NCBI GenBank assembly: GCA_964016885.1
Contig: OZ024741.1
Coordinates: 54,064,001-54,128,000 of the forward strand
Direction of reading: 5' to 3'
Length of the DNA stretch: 64,000 bases
From: Eledone cirrhosa
Lineage: Eukaryota
Part shown: positions 10,001 to 22,200 of the stretch, one piece after another
Layout: the number at the start of each line of letters is the position of its first letter
How positions within the stretch are numbered: the first letter of the stretch is position 1
Position numbers and translations under genes: made by a program
Notes under the pieces: model-generated
Told to the model about the DNA's origin: nothing
The model's input: the letters and a program-made list of their open reading frames with translations, nothing else
Database searches by the model: none

Positions 10001-13000
10001 GTTGTTACTGTTGTTGTTGCTGTTGTTGTTACTGTTGTTGTTACTGTTGTTGTTACTGTTGTTGTTACTGTTGATGTTACTGTTGTTGTTACTGTTGTTG
10101 TTACTGTTATTGTTACTGTTGTTGTTACTGTTGTTGTTACTGTTGTTGTTACTGTTGTTGTTGCCGTTGTTGTTACTGTTGTTGTTACTGTTGTTGTTAC
10201 TGTTGTTGTTATTGTTGATGTTACTGTTGTTGTTGCTGTTGTTGTTACTATTGTTGTTACTGTTGTTGTTGCTGTTGTTGTTACTGTTGATGTTACTGTT
10301 GTTGTTACTGTTGTTGTTACTGTTGTTGTTACTGTTGTTGTTACTGTTGTTGTTACTGTTGTTGTTGCTGTTGATATTACTGTTGTTACTGTTGTTGTTA
10401 CTGTTGTTGTTACTGTTGTTGTTACTGTTGTTGTTGCTGTTGTTGTTACTATTGTTGTTACTGTTGTTGTTACTGTTGTTGTTACTGTTGTTGTTACTGT
10501 TGATGTTACTGTTGTTGTTACTGTTGTTGTTACTGTTGTTGTTACTGTTGTTGTTACTGTTGATATTACTGTTGTTACTGTTGTTGTTACTGTTGTTGTT
10601 ACTGTTGATATTACTGTTGTTACTGTTGTTACTGTTGTTGTTAATATTGATGTTACTGTTGTTACTGTTGTTGTTACTTTTGTTGTTACTGTCGATGTTA
10701 CTGTTGTTGTTGCTGTTGTTGTTACTGTTGTTACTGTTGTTGTTACTGTTGTTGTTACTGTTGTTGTTACTGTTGTTGTTACTGTTGTTGTTACTGTTGA
10801 TGTTACTGTTGTTACTGTTGTTGTTACTGTTGTTGTTACTGTTGTTGTTACTGTTGTTGTTACTGTTGTTGTTACTGTTGATGTTACTGTTGTTGTTACT
10901 GTTGTTGTTACTGTTGATGTTACTGTTGTTGTTACTGTTGTTGTTACTGTTGATATTACTGTTGTTACTGTTGTTGTTACTGTTATTGTTACTGTTGTTG
11001 TTACTGTTGTTGTTACTGTTGATATTACTGTTGTTAGTGTTGTTGTTACTGTTGTTGTTACTGTTGTTGTTACTGTTGTTGTTACTGTTGTTGTTGCTGT
11101 TGTTGTTACTGTTGATGTTACTGTTGTTGTTACTGTTGTTACTGTTGTTGTTACTGTTGTTGTTACTTTTGTTGTTACTGTCGATGTTACTGTTGTTGTT
11201 GCTGTTGTTGTTACTGTTGTTACTGTTGTTGTTACTGTTGTTGTTACTGTTGTTGTTACTGTTGTTGTTACTGTTGTTGTTACTGTTGATGTTACTGTTG
11301 TTACTGTTGTTGTTACTGTTGTTGTTACTGTTGTTGTTACTGTTGTTGTTACTGTTGTTGTTACTGTTGATGTTACTGTTGTTGTTACTGTTGTTGTTAC
11401 TGTTGATGTTACTGTTGTTGTTACTGTTGTTGTTACTGTTGATATTACTGTTGTTACTGTTGTTGTTACTGTTATTGTTACTGTTGTTGTTACTGTTGTT
11501 GTTACTGTTGATATTACTGTTGTTAGTGTTGTTGTTACTGTTGTTGTTACTGTTGTTGTTACTGTTGTTGTTACTGTTGTTGTTGCTGTTGTTGTTACTG
11601 TTGATGTTACTGTTGTTGTTACTGTTGTTACTGTTGTTGTTACTGTTGTTGTTGCTGTTGATATTACTGTTGTTACTGTTGCTGTTACTGTTGTTGTTAC
11701 TGTTGTTGTTACTGTTGTTGTTACTGTTGTTACTGTTGTTGTTACTGTTGTTACTGTTGTTGTTACTGTTGTTGTTACTGTTGTTGTTACTGTTGTTGTT
11801 ACTGTTGTTGTTACTGTTGTTACTGTTGTTGTTACTGTTGTTGTTACTGTTGTTGTTACTGTTGTTGTTGCTGTTGTTGTTGCTGTTGTTGTTACTGTTG
11901 TTGTTACTGTTGTTGTTACAGTTGTTGTTACTGTTGTTGTTACTGTTGTTGTTACTGTTGTTGTTACTGTTGTTGTTACTGTTGTTACTGTTGTTGTTAC
12001 TGTTGTTACTGTTGTTGTTACTGTTGTTGTTACTGTTGTTGTTACTGTTGTTGTTACTGTTGTTGTTACTGTTGTTACTGTTGTTGTTACTGTTGTTGTT
12101 GCTGTTGTTGTTACTGTTGTTGTTACTGTTGTTTTTTCTGTTGTTGTTACTGTTGTTGTTGCTGTTGTCGTTGCTGTTGTTGTTACTGTTGTTGTTACTG
12201 TTGTTGTTGCTGTTATTGTTGTCGTTGCTGTTGTTGTTTCTGTTGTTGTTACTGTTGTTGTTGCTGTTTCTGTTGTCGTTGCTGCTGTTGTTGTTACTGT
12301 TGTTGTTACTGTTGTTGTTGCTGTTGCTGTTGTCGTTGCTGTTGTTGTTACTGTTGTTGTTGTTATTGTTGTTGTTACTGTTGTTGTTACTGTTGTTGTT
12401 ACTGTTGTTACTGTTGTTGTTACTGTTGTTGTTACTGTTGTTGTTACAGTTGTTGTTACTGTTGTTGTTACTGTTGTTGTTGCTGTTGTTGTTACTGTTG
12501 TTGTTACTGTTGTTGTTACTGTTGTTGTTTCTGTTTTTGTTACTGTTGTTGTTGCTGTTGCTGTTGTCGTTGCTGTTGTTGTTTCTGTTGTTGTTACTGT
12601 TGTTGTTGCTGTTGCTGTTGTCGTTGCTGTTGTTGTTACTGTTGTTGTTACTGTTGTTGTTACTGTTGTTGTTGTTTCTGTTGTTGTTACTGTTGTTGTT
12701 GCTGTTGCTGTTGTCGTTGCTGTTGTTGATTCTGTTGTTGTTACTGTTGTTGTTTCTGTTGTCGTTGCTGTTGTTGATTCTGTTGTTGTTACTGTTGTTG
12801 TTGCTGTTGCTGTTGTCGTTGCTGTTGTTGTTACTGTTGTTGTTACTGTTGTTACTGTTGTTGTTGCTGTTGTTGTTACTGTTGTTGTTGTTATTGTTGT
12901 TGTTACTTTTGTTGTTACTGTTGTTGTTCCTGTTGTTACTGTTGTAGTTACTGTTGTTGTTACTGTTGTTGTTACTGTTGTTGTTTCTGTTGTTGTTACT

Positions 13001-16000
13001 GTTGTTGTTACTGTTGTTGTTACTGTTGTTACTGTTGTTGTTGCTGTTGTTGTTACTGTTGTTGTTGCAGGTTGTTGTTACTGTTGTTGTTACTGTTGTT
13101 GTTACTGTTGTTGTTACTGTTGATGTTACTGTTGTTGTTACTGTTGTTGTTACTGTTATTGTTACTGTTGTTGTTACTGTTGTTGTTTCTGTTGTTGTTA
13201 CTGTTGTTGTTACTGTTGTTGTTGTTGTTGTTACTATTGTTGTTACTGTTGTTGTTGCTGTTGTTGTTACTGTTGATGTTACTGTTGTTGTTACTGTTGT
13301 TGTTACTGTTGTTGTTACTGTTGATATTACTGTTGTTACTGTTGTTGTTACTGTTGTTGTTACTGTTGATATTACTGTTGTTACTGTTGTTACTGTTGTT
13401 GTTAATATTGATGTTACTGTTGTTACTGTTGTTGTTACTTTTGTTGTTACTGTCGATGTTACTGTTGTTGTTGCTGTTGTTGTTACTGTTGTTACTGTTG
13501 TTGTTACTGTTGTTGTTACTGTTGTTGTTACTGTTGTTGTTACTGTTGTTGTTACTGTTGATGTTACTGTTGTTACTGTTGTTGTTACTGTTGTTGTTAC
13601 TGTTGTTGTTACTGTTGTTGTTACTGTTGTTTTTACTGTTGATGTTACTGTTGTTGTTACTGTTGTTGTTACTGTTGATGTTACTGTTGTTGTTACTGTT
13701 GTTGTTACTGTTGATATTACTGTTGTTACTGTTGTTGTTACTGTTATTGTTACTGTTGTTGTTACTGTTGTTGTTACTGTTGATATTACTGTTGTTAGTG
13801 TTGTTGTTACTGTTGTTGTTACTGTTGTTGTTACTGTTGTTGTTACTGTTGTTGTTGCTGTTGTTGTTACTGTTGATGTTACTGTTGTTGTTACTGTTGT
13901 TACTGTTGTTGTTACTGTTGTTGTTACTTTTGTTGTTACTGTCGATGTTACTGTTGTTGTTGCTGTTGTTGTTACTGTTGTTACTGTTGTTGTTACTGTT
14001 GTTGTTACTGTTGTTGTTACTGTTGTTGTTACTGTTGTTGTTACTGTTGATGTTACTGTTGTTACTGTTGTTGTTACTGTTGTTGTTACTGTTGTTGTTA
14101 CTGTTGTTGTTACTGTTGTTGTTACTGTTGATGTTACTGTTGTTGTTACTGTTGTTGTTACTGTTGATGTTACTGTTGTTGTTACTGTTGTTGTTACTGT
14201 TGATATTACTGTTGTTACTGTTGTTGTTACTGTTATTGTTACTGTTGTTGTTACTGTTGTTGTTACTGTTGATATTACTGTTGTTAGTGTTGTTGTTACT
14301 GTTGTTGTTACTGTTGTTGTTACTGTTGTTGTTACTGTTGTTGTTGCTGTTGTTGTTACTGTTGATGTTACTGTTGTTGTTACTGTTGTTACTGTTGTTG
14401 TTACTGTTGTTGTTGCTGTTGATATTACTGTTGTTACTGTTGCTGTTACTGTTGTTGTTACTGTTGTTGTTACTGTTGTTGTTACTGTTGTTACTGTTGT
14501 TGTTACTGTTGTTACTGTTGTTGTTACTGTTGTTGTTACTGTTGTTGTTACTGTTGTTGTTACTGTTGTTGTTACTGTTGTTACTGTTGTTGTTACTGTT
14601 GTTGTTACTGTTGTTGTTACTGTTGTTGTTGCTGTTGTTGTTGCTGTTGTTGTTACTGTTGTTGTTACTGTTGTTGTTACAGTTGTTGTTACTGTTGTTG
14701 TTACTGTTGTTGTTACTGTTGTTGTTACTGTTGTTGTTACTGTTGTTACTGTTGTTGTTACTGTTGTTACTGTTGTTGTTACTGTTGTTGTTACTGTTGT
14801 TGTTACTGTTGTTGTTACTGTTGTTGTTACTGTTGTTACTGTTGTTGTTACTGTTGTTGTTGCTGTTGTTGTTACTGTTGTTGTTACTGTTGTTTTTTCT
14901 GTTGTTGTTACTGTTGTTGTTGCTGTTGTCGTTGCTGTTGTTGTTACTGTTGTTGTTACTGTTGTTGTTGCTGTTATTGTTGTCGTTGCTGTTGTTGTTT
15001 CTGTTGTTGTTACTGTTGTTGTTGCTGTTTCTGTTGTCGTTGCTGCTGTTGTTGTTACTGTTGTTGTTACTGTTGTTGTTGCTGTTGCTGTTGTCGTTGC
15101 TGTTGTTGTTACTGTTGTTGTTGTTATTGTTGTTGTTACTGTTGTTGTTACTGTTGTTGTTACTGTTGTTACTGTTGTTGTTACTGTTGTTGTTACTGTT
15201 GTTGTTACAGTTGTTGTTACTGTTGTTGTTACTGTTGTTGTTGCTGTTGTTGTTACTGTTGTTGTTACTGTTGTTGTTACTGTTGTTGTTTCTGTTTTTG
15301 TTACTGTTGTTGTTGCTGTTGCTGTTGTCGTTGCTGTTGTTGTTTCTGTTGTTGTTACTGTTGTTGTTGCTGTTGCTGTTGTCGTTGCTGTTGTTGTTAC
15401 TGTTGTTGTTACTGTTGTTGTTACTGTTGTTGTTGTTTCTGTTGTTGTTACTGTTGTTGTTGCTGTTGCTGTTGTCGTTGCTGTTGTTGATTCTGTTGTT
15501 GTTACTGTTGTTGTTTCTGTTGTCGTTGCTGTTGTTGATTCTGTTGTTGTTACTGTTGTTGTTGCTGTTGCTGTTGTCGTTGCTGTTGTTGTTACTGTTG
15601 TTGTTACTGTTGTTACTGTTGTTGTTGCTGTTGTTGTTACTGTTGTTGTTGTTATTGTTGTTGTTACTTTTGTTGTTACTGTTGTTGTTCCTGTTGTTAC
15701 TGTTGTAGTTACTGTTGTTGTTACTGTTGTTGTTACTGTTGTTGTTTCTGTTGTTGTTACTGTTGTTGTTACTGTTGTTGTTACTGTTGTTACTGTTGTT
15801 GTTGCTGTTGTTGTTACTGTTGTTGTTGCAGGTTGTTGTTACTGTTGTTGTTACTGTTGTTGTTACTGTTGTTGTTACTGTTGATGTTACTGTTGTTGTT
15901 ACTGTTGTTGTTACTGTTATTGTTACTGTTGTTGTTACTGTTGTTGTTTCTGTTGTTGTTACTGTTGTTGTTACTGTTGTTGTTGTTGTTGTTACTATTG

Positions 16001-18780
16001 TTGTTACTGTTGTTGTTGCTGTTGTTGTTACTGTTGATGTTACTGTTGTTGTTACTGTTGTTGTTACTGTTGTTGTTACTGTTGTTGTTACTGTTGTTGT
16101 TACTGTTGATATTACTGTTGTTACTGTTGTTGTTACTGTTGTTGTTACTGTTGTTGTTACTGTTGTTGTTGCTGTTGTTGTTACTATTGTTGTTACTGTT
16201 GTTGTTACTGTTGTTGTTACTGTTGTTGTTACTGTTGTTGTTACTGTTGGTGTTACTGTTGTTGTTACTGTTGTTGTTACTGTTGTTGTTACTGTTGATA
16301 TTACTGTTGTTACTGTTGCTGTTACTGTTGTTGTTACTGTTGTTGTTAATATTGATGTTACTGTTGTTACTGGTGTTGTTACTGTTGTTGTTACTGTTGA
16401 TGTTACTGTTGTTGTTACTGTTGTTGTTACTGTTGTTGTTACTGTTGATGTTACTGTTGTTGTTGCTGTTGTTGTTACTGTTGTTGTTACTGTTGTTGTT
16501 ACTGTTGTTGTTACTGTTGATGTTACTGTTGTTGTTACTGTTGTTGTTACTGTTGCTGCTACTGTTGTTGTTACTGTTGTTGTTACTGTTGATGTTACTG
16601 TTGTTGTTACTGTTGATATTACTGTTGTTAGTGTTGTTGTTACTGTTGTTGTTACTGTTGTTGTTACTGTTGTTGTTACTGTTGTTGTTACTGTTGTTGT
16701 TACTGTTGTTGTTGCTGTTGTTGTTACTGTTGATGTTACTGTTGTTGTTACTGTTGTTACTGTTGTTGTTACTGTTGTTGTTGCTGTTGTTGTTACTGTT
16801 GTTGTTACTGTTGTTGTTACTGTTGTTGTTACTGTTGTTACTGTTGTTGTTACTGTTGTTGTTACTGTTGTTGTTACTGTTGTTGTTACTGTTGTTGTTA
16901 CTGTTGTTGTTACTGTTGTTACTGTTGTTGTTACTGTTGTTGTTACTGTTGTCGTTACTGTTGTTGTTACTGTTGTTGTTACTGTTGTTGTTGCTGTTGT
17001 TGTTGCTGTTGTTGTTACTGTTGTTGTTACTGTTGTTGTTACTGTTGTTGTTACTGTTGATGTTACTGTTGTTGTTACTGTTGTTACTGTTGTTGTTACT
17101 GTTGTTGTTGCTGTTGTTGTTACTGTTGTTGTTACTGTTGTTGTTACTGTTGTTGTTACTGTTGATGTGACAGTTGTTGTTACTGTTTTTTACTGTTGTT
17201 GTTACTGTTGTTACTGTTGTTGTTACTGTTGTTGTTGCTGTTGTTGTTACTGTTGTTGTTACTGTTGTTGTTACTGTTGTTACTGTTGTTGTTGCTGTTG
17301 TTGTTACTGTTGTTGTTGTTACTGTTGATGTTACTGTTGTTGTTACTGTTGTTGTTACTGTTGTTGTTACTGTTGATGTTACTGTTGTTGTTACTGTTGT
17401 TGTTACTGTTGTTACTGTTGTTGCTACTGTTGTTGTTACTGTTGTTACTGTTGTTGTTACTGTTGTTGTTGCTGTTGATGTTACTGTTGTTATTGTTGTT
17501 GTTACTGTTGTTGTTGCTGTTGTTGTTACTGTTGTTGTTACTGTTGTTGTTACTATTGTTGTTACTGTTGTTGTTGCTGTTGTTGTTACTGTTGATGTTA
17601 CTGTTGTTGTTACTGTTGTTGTTACTGTTGTTGTTGCTGTTGCTGTTGCTGTTGTCGTTGCTGTTGTTGTTACTGTTGTTGTTACTGTTGTTGTTACTGT
17701 TGTTGTTACTGTTGATGTTACTGTTGTTATTGTTGTTGTTACTGTTGTTGTTGCTGTTGTTGTTACTGTTGTTGTTACTGTTGTTGTTACTGTTGTTGTT
17801 ACTGTTGATGTTACTGTTGTTGTTACTGTTGTTGTTACTGTTATTGTTACTGTTGTTGTTACTGTTGTTGTTACTGTTGTTGTTACTGTTGTTGTTGCCG
17901 TTGTTGTTACTGTTGTTGTTACTGTTGTTGTTACTGTTGTTGTTACTGTTGATGTTACTGTTGTTGTTGCTGTTGTTGTTACTATTGTTGTTACTGTTGT
18001 TGTTGCTGTTGTTGTTACTGTTGATGTTATTGTTGTTGTTACTGTTGTTGTTACTGTTGTTGTTACTGTTGTTGTTACTGTTGTTGTTACTGTTGTTGTT
18101 GCTGTTGATATTACTGTTGTTACTGTTGTTGTTACTGTTGTTGTTACTGTTGTTGTTACTGTTGTTGTTGCTGTTGTTGTTACTATTGTTGTTACTGTTG
18201 TTGTTACTGTTGTTGTTACTGTTGTTGTTACTGTTGATGTTACTGTTGTTGTTACTGTTGTTGTTACTGTTGTTGTTACTGTTGTTGTTACTGTTGATAT
18301 TACTGTTGTTACTGTTGTTGTTACTGTTGTTGTTACTGTTGATATTACTGTTGTTACTGTTGTTACTGTTGTTGTTAATATTGATGTTACTGTTGTTACT
18401 GTTGTTGTTACTTTTGTTGTTACTGTCGATGTTACTGTTGTTGTTGCTGTTGTTGTTACTGTTGTTACTGTTGTTGTTACTGTTGTTGTTACTGTTGTTG
18501 TTACTGTTGTTGTTACTGTTGTTGTTACTGTTGATGTTACTGTTGTTACTGTTGTTGTTACTGTTGTTGTTACTGTTGTTGTTACTGTTGTTGTTACTGT
18601 TGTTGTTACTGTTGATGTTACTGTTGTTGTTACTGTTGTTGTTACTGTTGATGTTACTGTTGTTGTTACTGTTGTTGTTACTGTTGATATTACTGTTGTT
18701 ACTGTTGTTGTTACTGTTATTGTTACTGTTGTTGTTACTGTTGTTGTTACTGTTGATATTACTGTTGTTGTTGCTGTTGT
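7050..18780 (+). repeat. Higher-order repeat domain A: ~5.0-kb unit present about 2.5 times, middle copy shortened to 2,761 bp
   Basis: The frameshifting marker GTTGCAGGTT recurs near 8051, 13068 and 15829 (offsets 5017, 2761). ORF ends 8106/13123/15884 and the GTTTTTTCT marker (7121/12138/14899) give the same offsets. GATGTGACAG recurs at 9431 and 17164. Confidence 0.9.
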
Positions 18781-19249
18781 TGTTACTGTTGATGTTACTG
18801 TTGTTGTTACTGTTGTTACTGTTGTTGTTACTGTTGTTGTTGCTGTTGTTGTTACTGTTATTGTTACTGTTGTTGTTACTGTTGTTGTTACTGTTGTTGT
18901 TACTGTTGTTGTTACTGTTGTTACTGTTGTTGTTACTGTTGTTACTGTTGTTGTTACTGTTGTTGTTACTGTTGTTGTTACTGTTGTTGTTACTGTTGTT
19001 GTTACTGTTGTTACTGTTGTTGTTACTGTTGTTGTTACTGTTGTTGTTGCTGTTGTTGTTGCTGTTGTTGTTACTGTTGTTGTTACTGTTGTTGTTACAG
19101 TTGTTGTTACTGTTGTTGTTACTGTTGTTGTTACTGTTGTTGTTACTGTTGTTACTGTTGTTGTTACTGTTGTTACTGTTGTTGTTACTGTTGTTGTTAC
19201 TGTTGTTGTTACTGTTGTTGTTACTGTTGTTGTTACTGTTGTTACTGTT

Positions 19250-22200
19250 GTTGTTACTGTTGTTGTTGCTGTTGTTGTTACTGTTGTTGTTACTGTTGTT
19301 GTTACTGTTGTTGTTACTGTTGTTGTTGTTACTGTTGCTGTTACTGTTGCTGTTGCTGTTCTTGTTACTGTTGTTGTTACTGTTGTTGTTACTGTTGATG
19401 TTACTGTTGTTACTGTTGTTGTTACTGTTGTTACTGTTGTTTTTACTGTTGTTGTTACAGTTGTTGTTACTGTTGTTACTGTTGTTGTTACTGTTGTTAC
19501 TGTTGTTGTTACTGTTGTTGTTACTGTTGTTGTTACTGTTGTTATTACTGTTGTTGTTGCTGTTGTTGTTGCTGTTGTTGTTGCTGTTGTTGTTACTGTT
19601 GTTGTTACTGTTGTTGTTACTGTTGTTGTTACTGTTGTTGTTGCTGTTGTTGTTACTGTTGTTGTTACTGTTGTTACTGTTGTTGTTACTGTTGTTGTTA
19701 CTGTTGTTGTTGTTACAGTTGCTGTTACTGTTGCTGTTACTGTTGCTGTTGCTGTTGTTGTTACTGTTGTTGTTACTGTTGTTGTTACTGTTGTTGTTAC
19801 TGTTGTTGTTGTTACTGTTGTTGTTACTGTTGCTGTTGCTGTTGTTGTTACTGTTGTTGTTACTGTTGTTGTTACTGTTGATGTTACTGTTGTTGTTACT
19901 GTTGTTACTGTTGTTGTTACTGTTGTTACTGTTGTTGTTACTGTTGTTGTTACAGTTGTTGTTACTGTTGTTACTGTTGTTGTTACTGTTGTTACTGTTG
20001 TTGTTACTGTTGTTGTTACTGTTGTTGTTACTGTTGTTATTACTGTTGTTGTTGCTGTTGTTGTTGCTGTTGTTGTTGCTGTTGTTGTTGCTGTTGTTGT
20101 TACTGTTGTTGTTACTGTTGTTGTTACTGTTGTTGTTGCTGTTGTTGTTACTGTTGTTACTGTTGTTGTTACTGTTGTTACTGTTGATGTCACTGTTGTT
20201 ACTGTTGTCGTTACTGTTGTTGTTACTGTTGTTACTGTTGTCGTTACTGTTGTTGTTACTGTTGTTGTTACTGTTGTTATTACTGTTGTTGTTGCTGTTG
20301 TTGTTGCTGTTGTTGTTGCTGTTGTTGTTACTGTTGTTGTTACTGTTGTTGTTACTGTTGATGTTACTGTTGTTGTTACTGTTGTTGTTACTGTTGTTAC
20401 TGTTGTCGTTACTGTTGTTGTTACTCTTGTTACTGTTGTTGATACTGTTGTTACTGTTGTTGTTACTGTTGTTGTTACTGTTGTTGTTACTGTTGTTATT
20501 ACTGTTGTTGCTGTTGTTGTTGCGGTTGTTGTTGCTGTTGTTGTTACTGTTGTTGTTACTGTTGTTGTTACTGTTGTTGTTGCTGTTGTTGTTGCTGTTG
20601 TTGTTACTGTTGTTGTTACTGTTGTTGTTACTGTTGTTGTTACTGTTGTTGTTACTGTTGTCGTTACTGTTGTTGTTACTGTTGTTGTTACTGTTGTAAT
20701 TACTGTTGTTGTTGCTGTTGTTGTTGCTGTTGTTGTTGCTGTTGTTGTTACTGTTGTTGTTACTGTTGTTGTTACTGTTGATGTTACTGTTGTTGTTACT
20801 GTTGTTGTTACTGTTGTTGTTACTGTTGTTACTGTTGTTGTTATTGTTGTTACTGTTGTTGTTACTGTTGTTGTTACTGTTGTTGTTACTGTTGTTATTA
20901 CTGTTGTTGTTGCTGTTGTTGTTGTTGTTGTTGTTGCTGTTGTTGTTACTGTTGTTGTTACTGTTGTTGTTGCTGTTGTTGTTACTGTTGTTGTTACTGT
21001 TGTTGTTGCTGTTGTTGTTACTGTTGTTGTTACTGTTGTTACTGTTGATGTCACTGTTGTTACTGTTGTCGTTACTGTTGTTGTTACTGTTGTTACTGTT
21101 GTCATTACTGTTGTTGTTACTGTTGTTGTTACTGTTGTTGTTGCTGTTGTTGTTGCTGTTGTTGTTGCTGTTGTTGTTACTGTTGTTGTTACTGTTGTTG
21201 TTACTGTTGATGTTACTGTTGTTGTTACTGTTGTTGTTACTGTTGTTACTGTTGTTGTTACTGTTGTTGTTACTGTTGTTGTTGCTGTTGTTGTTACTGT
21301 TGATGTTACTGTTGTTGTTACTGTTGTTACTGTTGTTGTTACTGTTGTTGTTGCTGTTGTTGTTACTGTTGTTGTTACTGTTGTTGTTACTGTTGTTGTT
21401 ACTGTTGTTGTTACTGTTGTTGTTACTGTTGTTGTTACTGTTGTTGTTACTGTTGTTGTTACTGTTGTTATTACTGTTGTTGTTGCTGTTGTTGTTGCTG
21501 TTGTTGTTGCTGTTGTTGTTACTGTTGTTGTTACTGTTGTTGTTACTGTTGTTGTTACTGTTGTTGTTGCTGTTGTTGTTACTGTTGTTGTGACTGTTGT
21601 TACTGTTGTTGTTACTGTTGTTGTTATTGTTGTTGTTGTTACTGTTGCTGTTACTGTTGCTGTTACTGTTGCTGTTGCTGTTGTTGTTACTGTTGTTGTT
21701 ACTGTTGTTGTTACTGTTGTTGTTACTGTTGCTGTTGCTGTTGTTGTTACTGTTGTTGTTACTGTTGTTGTTACTGTTGATGTTACTGTTGTTGTTACTG
21801 TTGTTGTTACTGTTGTTACTGTTGTTGTTACTGTTGTTACTGTTGTTGTTACTGTTGTTGTTACAGTTGTTGTTACTGTTGTTACTGTTGTTGTTACTGA
21901 TGTTACTGTTGTTGTTACTGTTGTTGTTACTGTTGTTGTTACTGTTGTTGTTGCTGTTGTTGTTGCTGTTGTTGTTGCTGTTGTTGTTGCTGTTGTTGTT
22001 ACTGTTGTTGTTACTGTTGTTGTTACTGTTGTTGTTACTGTTGTTGTTGCTGTTGTTGTTACTGTTGTTACTGTTGTTGTTACTGTTGTTACAGTTGATG
22101 ACACTGTTGTTACTGTTGTCGTTACTGTTGTTGTTACTGTTGTTACTGTTGTCGTTACTGTTGTTGTTACTGTTGTTGTTACTGTTGTTATTACTGTTGT

